From assembly GCA_902542445.1 (NCBI GenBank), contig CACBUT010000001.1, positions 18,296 through 82,295 on the forward strand: DNA of 64,000 nucleotides, read 5' to 3'. The stretch comes from an uncultured Fidelibacterota bacterium (GTDB lineage: Bacteria > Fidelibacterota > Marinisomatia > Marinisomatales > TCS55). The notes under the pieces were generated by a model. It was not told the DNA's origin, searched no databases, and worked only from the letters and a program-made list of their open reading frames with translations. The position numbers and the translations under genes were made by a program. Below are positions 38,590 to 47,705 of this stretch, in pieces (the stretch's first letter is position 1; each line of letters starts with the position of its first letter).

Positions 38590-39357
38590 TTATATATATT
38601 TTTTTAATAACTTATCATCCTTCATCTTATTTTCAACATTTAATAAATCATCCTTTGTATCTACAGCATAGGTTAAATGGCTGTCCTTTATCACTTTCAC
38701 ATTTATTCCATTCTCGAGAAATCTATTCATATCAATTGATTCAATTATTTCTAACGGAGTTGGTTGCATTTTTGAATAATCGAAAAGACATTTCCTTTGA
38801 AAGGGTATGATACATACCTGCTTATATGCTTTTATATTATAATTATATTTTTTATTCGATGGAATTGGCTCTCTTGAAAAATACATTGCAAAACCATTTG
38901 AATTAAATACAACTTTTACTTCATTTGGGTCTAACCACTCTTTTTCATTTTCAATGCATGAAATAAGATTTGATACTTGAATATCGGGATTATCTACTAG
39001 AGGCTGTGTAGCTGCATTAATCATTTCAGGAAAAATCATTGGCTCATCGCCCTGAATCATGACAATTATATCATTTTCTTCTTTTTCTTTTTTTTCTATA
39101 ATTGTGACTGCTTCAGCTGTTCTATCGGACGCCCTTTCATGTTTACTGGAAGTTAAAATTGCTTTACCACCAATTGACTTGATATAATCTTTAATTTCAT
39201 CATTACAAGTAGCAACATAAACTTCATCAAGAATTGATGACATTTTGCTTCTAAAATAGACATGACCTATCATGGGAATTCCTAGAATCTTTTCCAAAGG
39301 TTTTCCATAAAATCTTGAGGATTCCATTCTTGCGGGGATAATTCCAATAATTTTCAT
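38590..39357 (-). CDS. KdsB-like cytidylyltransferase (3-deoxy-ulosonate cytidylyltransferase family)
   Basis: IIGIIPARMESSRFYGKPL, IQGDEP. Confidence 0.78.
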   Translation of the reverse strand: MKIIGIIPARMESSRFYGKPLEKILGIPMIGHVYFRSKMSSILDEVYVATCNDEIKDYIKSIGGKAILTSSKHERASDRTAEAVTIIEKKEKEENDIIVMIQGDEPMIFPEMINAATQPLVDNPDIQVSNLISCIENEKEWLDPNEVKVVFNSNGFAMYFSREPIPSNKKYNYNIKAYKQVCIIPFQRKCLFDYSKMQPTPLEIIESIDMNRFLENGINVKVIKDSHLTYAVDTKDDLLNVENKMKDDKLLKKYI

Positions 39358-40160
39358 CTTTTTCCGAAGTCAAATATTTTTTGCAAATCTTTTTTGCACT
39401 TTGAATGAAGCAAAAGCGCATCTGTGCTATAAGCAATAAAATCATAACCATCTTTTACTGCTTCTAGCAAACTATCCTGTTTTGGCTCAACTATATGTAT
39501 TCCTGATTTTACTTTATTTTCTTTTGCAGACTTTTTAACAATTTCAAGATTTTCTCTATATTTTTTATTTTTGAATTGGCCGACAATTTCCATTGAACCT
39601 GTCAAATCATATGGCCCGATTATATAATTTGTAATATTTTTGTGTGAAAATATTCTATCAATATTTTTAACAGCATCTATATTCTCTATTTGAACAGATA
39701 ATGAGATTTTCTGATTTGAATTTTTAAAATATTCTTCAAATCTAATACCATAATCATTTGCTTTAGAAAAACCGATTCCTCTTTTACCTCTTGGTGGATA
39801 AAAAACCGCATCATGCGCTCTTTTGACATCTTCATAATTTTTAATTCCAGGTATTATTATTCCATTTGCTCCAAAATCTAGAGCCCTTCTTATCAGTAAT
39901 TCTGAATTAATTCCTACTCTAACATGCGAATAGCAAGAAGTATTTCTAAACTTATCTAAAATTTGAATCAAACTTTTTTCTGAGATAGAGCCATGCTCCA
40001 TATCAATCACTAAAAAGTCAAAACCTGAATCTATCATTATTTGTACAATATCAGGATCGCCAACCTGAATCCAACTGCCAATAGTAAATTTCTTACTCAA
40101 AATCTTTTTTTTCATTTGTGTAGATATCATGCCAGTTAATAAATTTTGCGATACCTTCAT
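39354..40160 (-). CDS. HpcH/HpaI-family class II (pyruvate-dependent) aldolase
   Basis: GSWIQVGDPDIVQIM..GFDFLVIDMEHG, PPRGKRG. Internal ATGs at 40130 and 40115 (MKKKILSKKF) would shorten the 68-nt overlap with the upstream gene. Confidence 0.82.
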   Translation of the reverse strand: MKVSQNLLTGMISTQMKKKILSKKFTIGSWIQVGDPDIVQIMIDSGFDFLVIDMEHGSISEKSLIQILDKFRNTSCYSHVRVGINSELLIRRALDFGANGIIIPGIKNYEDVKRAHDAVFYPPRGKRGIGFSKANDYGIRFEEYFKNSNQKISLSVQIENIDAVKNIDRIFSHKNITNYIIGPYDLTGSMEIVGQFKNKKYRENLEIVKKSAKENKVKSGIHIVEPKQDSLLEAVKDGYDFIAYSTDALLLHSKCKKDLQKIFDFGKR

Positions 40161-41061
40161 TAATATTTGTTTTTGGAGAATAGTTTAGCATTTTTTTAGA
40201 TTTTGAAATTTCTGCAAAGCTTTCACTTACGTCTCCTGGCTGCATTGGCAAAAATTCTATTTTTGCTTTTTTCCCAATTTCTCTTTCTAAAATAGAAATA
40301 ACTTTCATTAGATCTTCACTATTATTATTACCTAAGTTAAAAACTTCGCAATTATAATTCACATCAATTGCACTTTTTGTACCTGATATTATATCATCAA
40401 TAAATGTAAAATCTCGTTTCATTTTACCATAATTAAATACAGGAATTGGTAAATCTGATTTTATTTTATCGGCAAAGATATACATAGCCATATCTGGCCT
40501 TCCCCAAGGTCCATAAACTGTAAAATAACGCAAACCTATAGTATTCAAGCCAAATAATGTGGAATAAGAATTAGCAATTAATTCATTTGACTTTTTAGTA
40601 GCAGCATACAATGATATAGGATTATCAACCCTGTCTTCAACGCTAAACGGTATTTTTACATTTCCTCCATAAACAGAAGAACTTGATGCATAAACTAAAC
40701 CGTCAACTTTCTTGTGTCTACAAAGCTCAATTATATTTAAAAAACCAACAAGATTGGAATCCATGTAAGCAAAAGGATTTTGAATGCTATATCTTACCCC
40801 GGCTTGGGCTGCTAGATTAACTACTTTATCAGGGGAAAAAAAGTCAAAAATCTTTGATAAAGAATTATAGTTTTTTATATCAATTCTCTTAAAAGTAAAA
40901 TTTTTGTTTTTTTTAAGAATTTTCAATCTTGATTTTTTCAAACCAACATCATAATAATTATTGATATTATCAATTCCTAATACATCATGGCCTACATCAA
41001 GTAGCGACCTAGATAAATGAAATCCAATAAATCCTGCTGATCCAGTTACTAAAATTTTCAA
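40093..41061 (-). CDS. NAD-dependent nucleotide-sugar epimerase (UDP-glucuronate 4-epimerase-like)
   Basis: ILVTGSAGFIGFHL, NYYD..LK..RL, YAATKKSNE, FTVYGPWGRPDMA. Confidence 0.8.
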   Translation of the reverse strand: MKILVTGSAGFIGFHLSRSLLDVGHDVLGIDNINNYYDVGLKKSRLKILKKNKNFTFKRIDIKNYNSLSKIFDFFSPDKVVNLAAQAGVRYSIQNPFAYMDSNLVGFLNIIELCRHKKVDGLVYASSSSVYGGNVKIPFSVEDRVDNPISLYAATKKSNELIANSYSTLFGLNTIGLRYFTVYGPWGRPDMAMYIFADKIKSDLPIPVFNYGKMKRDFTFIDDIISGTKSAIDVNYNCEVFNLGNNNSEDLMKVISILEREIGKKAKIEFLPMQPGDVSESFAEISKSKKMLNYSPKTNINEGIAKFINWHDIYTNEKKDFE

Positions 41062-41092
41062 ATTGTTCTTTCAAATAAAATCAATTATTTAA

Positions 41093-42388
41093 TCACAGTC
41101 TCCAATATTTTAGGCTAGTACCTTTAAAATAATTTTTACTATAGACAGATTTAATATCTATAAAAAGACCTCCAATATTAAGAATATTTAACCATTTTTC
41201 TTTACCTATTGATACAAAGTCGCGATGCGACACGGCAAGCACAACCACATCTATGTTCGTTAATTCATTAAGAGATATCAAATCAATATTATATTTTTTT
41301 TTCGCTTCTATTTTATTTGCAATTGGATCAACTACTTTAATATTGCATCCATTCAAACTAAGTAATTGAATTATATCGACAACTTTTGTGTTTCTTAAAT
41401 CTGGACAATCTTCCTTAAATGTCAACCCCAAGATTGCAACTTGTGAATTCTTAGGATTAATTCCAGCTTTATTCATTTCAATCAATGCCTTTTCAGAAAC
41501 ATATTTTCCCATATTATCATTTATTTTTCTGCCAGCCAAAATCATCTCTGGGTGATATCCAACTTCTTGAGCTTTATGTGTAAGATAATATGGGTCGACA
41601 CCAATGCAATGACCTCCTACTAAACCAGGCTTAAATGGGTAAAAGTTCCATTTTGAACCAGCTGCTTCTAAGACTTCATTTGTGTCTATATTTAGCTTGT
41701 TAAATAGCATTGAAAATTCATTAATCAGTGCAATATTAACATCTCTTTGAATGTTTTCAATTATTTTAGCTGCTTCTGCAACTTTAATTGAAGGAGCTTT
41801 ATAAGTACCAGCTGTAATTATTTCTTTGTAGATATTGTCAACAATAATCGAAACTTCCTTATTCGATCCTGAGGTAATTTTTTTAATGTCTTTTATTTTA
41901 TGATTTTTATCCCCCGGATTTATCCTTTCTGGGCTGTAGCCACAATAAAAATCTATATTATAATTCAATTGCGATATCTTTTCTAATTCAGGCACACAAA
42001 CTTCTTCTGTTAATCCTGGATATACAGTTGATTCATAAATCACAATATCTTGTTTTTTCAATAATTTGCCAACTGCTCTAGTGGCTTCCAATATTGGAGT
42101 TAAATTTGGATTGTTATGTTTATCAACAGGAGTTGGGACTGTTATAATGTAAATATTGCATTCAGCGATATCTTTAATATTGGTAGTAAATTTTATATTA
42201 ACAGATTTTAAATTAGGTTGGGATATTTCATTGCTAATATCAAAATTATTTTTTAGTTGATCTATACGTTTTTTATTTTTGTCAAACCCAATAACTAGAA
42301 ATTTTTTACTTAACTCGACAGCTAGAGGTAATCCAACGTAGCCTAGGCCTATTAATGCTATTTTTGATTCTTCTTTATTGAATTTCAT
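41093..42388 (-). CDS. Nucleotide-sugar 6-dehydrogenase (UDP-glucose/GDP-mannose dehydrogenase family, TviB/VipA-like)
   Basis: IALIGLGYVGLPLA, GGHCIGVDPYY. Confidence 0.87.
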   Translation of the reverse strand: MKFNKEESKIALIGLGYVGLPLAVELSKKFLVIGFDKNKKRIDQLKNNFDISNEISQPNLKSVNIKFTTNIKDIAECNIYIITVPTPVDKHNNPNLTPILEATRAVGKLLKKQDIVIYESTVYPGLTEEVCVPELEKISQLNYNIDFYCGYSPERINPGDKNHKIKDIKKITSGSNKEVSIIVDNIYKEIITAGTYKAPSIKVAEAAKIIENIQRDVNIALINEFSMLFNKLNIDTNEVLEAAGSKWNFYPFKPGLVGGHCIGVDPYYLTHKAQEVGYHPEMILAGRKINDNMGKYVSEKALIEMNKAGINPKNSQVAILGLTFKEDCPDLRNTKVVDIIQLLSLNGCNIKVVDPIANKIEAKKKYNIDLISLNELTNIDVVVLAVSHRDFVSIGKEKWLNILNIGGLFIDIKSVYSKNYFKGTSLKYWRL

Positions 42389-44019
42389 TTTAAATAGCCC
42401 ATCTCAATAATTTTATTAAAAATTTTGTCAACTAATTCTGATGGGTTGACTCCGCTAGAATTAATTCTTAATTCAGAGTTTGCTGGTTTTTCATAAGGGT
42501 CTGATATGCCAGTAAACTCTTTAATAATGCCTTTTCTTGCAAGACGATAAAGACCTTTTACATCTCGCTCTTCACACTTTTCTAATGGTGTGTCAACAAA
42601 GACCTCAATATACCCACCATATTTTGATATTAATTCTCTATTTGATAAACGATCATCATTATAAGGTGCAATAGGGGCACAAATCGCTATACCGCCGTTC
42701 TTAGTTATTTCACTCGCCACATATCCAATTCTTTTTACATTAATGGATCTATGGGATTTTGAAAAACCTAGCTCACTTGACAAATGATTCCTCACAATAT
42801 CTCCATCAAGAAGTGTTACTGATCTTTTTGATTTTTCCAAAAGTTTGATTAACAATGCATTCGCCAAAGTTGATTTTCCTGAACCAGAAAGACCTGTAAA
42901 GAATATAGTAAAACCTCTTTTGCTTAATGGGGGATATGAAGACCTTAGCTCATTAGCTATCTCTTTAAATGTAAACCATTCCGGTATTTCATTTCCATCT
43001 TCTAGTAAACTCCTAAGTTTAGTTCCGGATATTGATTTAGTTTTAATTTTATTTTTAATTTTATGTATTGGCTTATATTTATTCAAACCAGGCAAATAAA
43101 CCATATGGTTAAATGGAACCATATTGATTCCAATTTCAGTTGAATGTTTTAGAATTAAATCTTGAGCCTCATATGGATCGTAAAAGGGTTTATTTTTACT
43201 ATCTTTACCTGGCCCAGCATGATCTCTTCCGACTATCATATGAGTACATCCATAGTTTTTTCTAATAATAGAATGCCATAAAGCTTCTTTAGGCCCAGCC
43301 ATTCGCATGGCTAAAGGCAATAAACTTAAAAAAGCAGTATTTTTTTTATATTTTTTAAGAATGTGTTCATAGCATCTCACTCTAGTAAAGTGATCTACAT
43401 CTCCAGGTTTAGTTGCGCCAACACTGGGGTGAATTAATAATTTCGATTTTAATTCCTTAATGGCAATTTCTGTCATCTCAAAGTGTGCTCGATGTAAGGG
43501 ATTTCTTGTTTGAAATGCTATCACGCTTTTCCATTTTTTTTGTTTAAAAATTGATTTCAATTTAGCGGGTGAATGTCTATAGTTGTTAAAGTCGTAATGT
43601 TGAATATTGTTTATGCTCTCAACTTTTCCACCTATATAGATTTTATTAGTTTTATTTATCAAATAATTAACTCCTGGATGCGAGAAATCATTTGTGCCAA
43701 AGACTTTGTTTGCCTCGTGATTTAGATCAGGCTTCCATATATCCTGAATATGAAGATTCGCCAAAGTAAAGCCCTCTTTATTTTTTAATAAAATTTTATC
43801 ATCAATTGAAACTTTTCCTAAAAGATTTTCACTCACATCTAGACATATAGGAATTGGCCATATTTGGCCATTTGACAGCCTCATTTTTTCAATTACACTA
43901 ATATAGTCATCTTTGGTCATAAAGCCGTTTAAAGGTTTAAACCCCCCATTAACTATTAATTCCAAATCGCAAAGTTGTCTGTTGGTTAAGGTCCATGAAA
44001 GATATGGATAAGATTTCAT
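42385..44019 (-). CDS. Bifunctional sulfate adenylyltransferase / adenylylsulfate kinase (PAPS synthase)
   Basis: ATP-sulfurylase QTRNPLHRAHFE and GRDHAGPG. C-terminal APS kinase P-loop FFTGLSGSGKSTLA. Confidence 0.9.
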   Translation of the reverse strand: MKSYPYLSWTLTNRQLCDLELIVNGGFKPLNGFMTKDDYISVIEKMRLSNGQIWPIPICLDVSENLLGKVSIDDKILLKNKEGFTLANLHIQDIWKPDLNHEANKVFGTNDFSHPGVNYLINKTNKIYIGGKVESINNIQHYDFNNYRHSPAKLKSIFKQKKWKSVIAFQTRNPLHRAHFEMTEIAIKELKSKLLIHPSVGATKPGDVDHFTRVRCYEHILKKYKKNTAFLSLLPLAMRMAGPKEALWHSIIRKNYGCTHMIVGRDHAGPGKDSKNKPFYDPYEAQDLILKHSTEIGINMVPFNHMVYLPGLNKYKPIHKIKNKIKTKSISGTKLRSLLEDGNEIPEWFTFKEIANELRSSYPPLSKRGFTIFFTGLSGSGKSTLANALLIKLLEKSKRSVTLLDGDIVRNHLSSELGFSKSHRSINVKRIGYVASEITKNGGIAICAPIAPYNDDRLSNRELISKYGGYIEVFVDTPLEKCEERDVKGLYRLARKGIIKEFTGISDPYEKPANSELRINSSGVNPSELVDKIFNKIIEMGYLK

Positions 44020-44059
44020 ATAATTTAATTTCTTTTTTTGATTAATAAATAATAGAGGA

Positions 44060-45505
44060 TCAACTTTTTTTACGCTTTAGCCTTGGTCCAAAAATAAAAA
44101 GAAAAGCTAAAAAAGTTAAAATCGTTATGTAAAGGACAATGATTAACATGAGTGCTGGTGAATACTTTCCAAAAAAAATAGGGTTTTTAGATTCATGGCC
44201 AACGTAAAACGGTAAACCTGCTATAAGAAAAAAACTGATAAATCCTGTAAACATTCTGTCAGTTATAATATCAAATAATTTCATTTTAAAATTATCTCTA
44301 GCCATTTTTATTTTATTTTTTTCTAATCTGCCTTTTAAACTTAAATACTCATAAATCAAAGCCATCATGATCCCAAACCCTATTCCCAATACTGCTGAAA
44401 GCAATAATGTTAGTTTTAAATTTTTATTATTTGGGGCTAAAGGTATTTGAGGCTTGTCTAAAATTTGAACCACTGATGATTCTTGAACTGCTTCAATCTT
44501 AGCTAATTCTAGTTGTTGTTTTAAAGTAAGAAAAATATTTTTTTGTATATCTAAATCTCTTGAAAGACGTTCTTGTTCTAATAAAAGAGCAGGAGATGAG
44601 ATTTGTCTATTTTTTTCATTAAAAGATTTAAGCTTGGATTCTGACTTAATTAAATCTTTCTCAACCGATCTAATTCTTTGCTCAATAAATGATATCTTTT
44701 CATTTACAGTTTGGTTTTTGAAGAATAAGTTTAATTTTTCTAATTCAAATAAAACAGCTTGCGCTAAATCTCTAGCAAAAACAGGTTCAAAAGTTTTCAC
44801 TTTGAGAATACTAAAATTCCCAGAACTTTGAAATTCCAACATATCTTGTAAAGCCTGTTGAGCCTGCGTAATTAAAGTGTCAGAACCGAATTCTGGATAA
44901 CTGTCGCCATGTGTTAAAATAGCCAACAAGCTCAAACTGTCACTATATTCATTTGTAAAAAAATTTTTAGATAATATTTTTTCAGCAAAAATTCTACTTT
45001 TCAATAATTCGGGAAACAAGGAAGGACTAGAAAGATCAGCTTTGCTTTGACTTGGAAGATTAACTCCAAATTGTGAAGCTAAGGCAGAAAATCCACCTAA
45101 ATTATTTGCTTTATTTTGAGGCAAAAGTATTGTTGCAAAACTTGAATACTGTGGTATTTGTATAAATTGAACATAGGTGAACGAGACAAAAACAGTTAAA
45201 AAAGCTATAAAAATGATCATCCTAAGTTGATTTATCAGGATAATTAGTAAATCTGTAATTGAGAAAAACTTTTCTTCTTGAAGAGAAATTAAATTGTCAT
45301 TTTTAGCAAATGTTTCATCTTTAAACTTATTATTTAATTTTACATCTGATGGCTCTTTTATTTTAGACAAAATATGATAAGGTATATGATTCCTTGCTTT
45401 CCAATTTGAAACAGCTTGAGGAGTCGTTTGTAGCTTCCTAGCGATATCTGCTAAGCTAACAGCACCTTTTTTCTTCATGATATTTTCAAATTCTAAGAAT
45501 TTCAT
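44060..45505 (-). CDS. Wzz-family polysaccharide co-polymerase (chain-length determinant) with N-terminal Cro/YdaS-like HTH
   Basis: Residues 1-50 read VSLADIARKLQTTPQAVSNWKARNHIP (HTH). These are followed by TM1, a long coiled-coil periplasmic region, and C-terminal TM helices. Start lies 7 nt after the wza stop. Confidence 0.72.
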   Translation of the reverse strand: MKFLEFENIMKKKGAVSLADIARKLQTTPQAVSNWKARNHIPYHILSKIKEPSDVKLNNKFKDETFAKNDNLISLQEEKFFSITDLLIILINQLRMIIFIAFLTVFVSFTYVQFIQIPQYSSFATILLPQNKANNLGGFSALASQFGVNLPSQSKADLSSPSLFPELLKSRIFAEKILSKNFFTNEYSDSLSLLAILTHGDSYPEFGSDTLITQAQQALQDMLEFQSSGNFSILKVKTFEPVFARDLAQAVLFELEKLNLFFKNQTVNEKISFIEQRIRSVEKDLIKSESKLKSFNEKNRQISSPALLLEQERLSRDLDIQKNIFLTLKQQLELAKIEAVQESSVVQILDKPQIPLAPNNKNLKLTLLLSAVLGIGFGIMMALIYEYLSLKGRLEKNKIKMARDNFKMKLFDIITDRMFTGFISFFLIAGLPFYVGHESKNPIFFGKYSPALMLIIVLYITILTFLAFLFIFGPRLKRKKS

Positions 45506-45512
45506 TTATAAA

Positions 45513-47495
45513 TTATAATTGTCTTGAAAGAACTATTGCTGTCACCATAGAAGAAATAATTGAAGCCCAGTTAGAAGCGAAAGCAGTTGGGTTAAATGGT
45601 TCAGAGGGAGGTTTTTGGTTAACTACTATGGTTGAACCATCATCAATTGTCTCTCTCCTAAATCGCTTAACAGGAGAAACAACTCCATTAGGGTTTATTA
45701 TGATAATTCCTTTTTTATTGCCATTCGGCGCTAATCCTCCCACAGCATCAAGATAATAATCAAGGCTCTTATTTTCTACAAATTCAATCAAACCAGGATT
45801 ATAAACTTCGCCAATAATATTCACTACTCCTGGCTTTTCTTTTACAACAATGCTATCTCCAGGCATTATTGTTAGTTTTTCATTTCTCCATGCAACTCTG
45901 ATTTTATTTAAATCCGCTGTTTTTTTATCGTTAAAATTTATTTGACTGGTGACAATGCTTGTATCTTGAAGTTGATGAAAATCAAAGTATTTTTTATTTC
46001 TAAAAATAGAAATTCCATTATCTAGCGCACGGGGTGTCTTTCCACCGGCACGATTTATAACAGATTGCAAAGTTTCAACATCTGATACCAATGGGTACGT
46101 ACCAGGTATATTTACCTCTCCCAGTATTTTAACATTTTCTTTATACCTGTAATTTTGATTTGATCTAACAACAACTCTATCAAGATTTTGCAAATAAAAG
46201 TTTTTTTCACTTTTTAGAGTTTCATTAATATTAAATGGTATTATAATATCATAGGAAGAATTAGGGTCTCTTCTAATAATCTCACCTCGAGATGTATAGA
46301 CAGATTTTTTAAAAGTTGAGTCTTGAAATCCTCCTCCCAACTGTAAAATATTTTTTAAGGTTATTCCAAAATAATAACTATAAATACCCGGAGACTTTAC
46401 CTGGCCTATTAGTTCTACACCATTCTCTTCATATAAAATAGGTAAAATGGTAATTTTATCACCGTTAACAGGATATATTGTTTGAGCTGAGTCAATTTTT
46501 GTATATATCCCTTCATAATTCATACCGCCACTTCTTTCATTAAGCTTTTTTATGCGCTTTATGTTGATATCTCCAGAAGCATTATAAGAAAGGCCACCTG
46601 CAAATCTAATTAAGTCTAATAGAGTTTCATTTTCTTTGTATTCGTAGATACCTGGTTTTGTTATTGCGCTATCCAACAGAACTTTTGATTTTGCTGGAGG
46701 AACAACAATTATATCTTGATCTCTTAGTTGAATAATTGAGCTAATATCTCCTTTAATCAAATATTGATACAAATCTATTATCAATGGTTCCGACCCGTTT
46801 CTTTTGATTATTATATTTCTAAGCGAGCCGGTTGTATCAACACCTCCTATTTGTATTAAGCCAGTGATTAGGCTTGAAAATGGATGAATCGGAAAGACAC
46901 CTGGATAATTAACTTGTCCAACGAAATTAACATTAATTAAACGTAATTCACCTAGTGAAACATCAATATAAGATCTAGGGTTTTTCCCTGACAGCGTAGA
47001 ATAAACTCTTGCAAATTGAGAAGCAAGATAAGTTCTGGCCTCAGATATTGTTTTACCAGAAAGATTCAAAAGACCTACTTTTTCATCATAAATTTTGCCA
47101 TCTCTGGAAATTATATAGTTCTGTCTTAATTGAGTTTCACCCCAAATAGAAATTATCAATTCATCGCCCGAGCCTAATTGATAGTTATCAGGAGTAGGTA
47201 AGTTTTCCCAAAACTCAATCGGGCTTTTATTAGATAAAAAATCATAACCAAAATGATTGGTCTTTTTTAATGTGGGTTCCTCGGAAAAACCTTGATCTAT
47301 TCTTTGGATTTCGGGTTTTTTGTCATTAATAATTTTTTTTTCAAAATCTATATTGTTGTTGGAAAGCATTTTTTGATATTCTTGTTGAAAAGTTTTAATA
47401 TCTTGAATACTTTGCGATTTTAAAAATGAGATTATTGAAATAATACTGATAATTTGATACACAAATCGTGTATATGTATATTTATTATTAATCAT
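45513..47495 (-). CDS. Wza-like outer-membrane polysaccharide export protein (Poly_export + multiple SLBB domains)
   Basis: Signal-like N-terminus, GSGDELIISIWGE...ISRDGKIY...GLLNLSGKT, and repeated V.V.G.V..PG.Y SLBB-type units. Confidence 0.83.
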   Translation of the reverse strand: MINNKYTYTRFVYQIISIISIISFLKSQSIQDIKTFQQEYQKMLSNNNIDFEKKIINDKKPEIQRIDQGFSEEPTLKKTNHFGYDFLSNKSPIEFWENLPTPDNYQLGSGDELIISIWGETQLRQNYIISRDGKIYDEKVGLLNLSGKTISEARTYLASQFARVYSTLSGKNPRSYIDVSLGELRLINVNFVGQVNYPGVFPIHPFSSLITGLIQIGGVDTTGSLRNIIIKRNGSEPLIIDLYQYLIKGDISSIIQLRDQDIIVVPPAKSKVLLDSAITKPGIYEYKENETLLDLIRFAGGLSYNASGDINIKRIKKLNERSGGMNYEGIYTKIDSAQTIYPVNGDKITILPILYEENGVELIGQVKSPGIYSYYFGITLKNILQLGGGFQDSTFKKSVYTSRGEIIRRDPNSSYDIIIPFNINETLKSEKNFYLQNLDRVVVRSNQNYRYKENVKILGEVNIPGTYPLVSDVETLQSVINRAGGKTPRALDNGISIFRNKKYFDFHQLQDTSIVTSQINFNDKKTADLNKIRVAWRNEKLTIMPGDSIVVKEKPGVVNIIGEVYNPGLIEFVENKSLDYYLDAVGGLAPNGNKKGIIIINPNGVVSPVKRFRRETIDDGSTIVVNQKPPSEPFNPTAFASNWASIISSMVTAIVLSRQL

Positions 47496-47705
47496 ATATT
47501 TAATCTATACTTACTCTTTATTAAACAATTTAAAACTTTTTATTTAAATTAACCAATCTAGTAAAAAAAAATTCAAAATATTATAAACAATATGTTGATT
47601 ATATTAAATTCCAATACACATTAATTTTTAAAATCTATAAAATTTTCGTCATATGTGTTTTATAAACTTCTAGCAACTTATAAAAAATTAAACTTATTTT
47701 AAATT
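47496..47705. promoter_or_regulatory. Divergent intergenic region presumably holding promoters for the 47-kb minus-strand array and for rfbB-gpmA-rfbA
   Basis: The only sizeable non-coding gap at the strand switch. No confident -35/-10 assignment was made. Confidence 0.35.
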
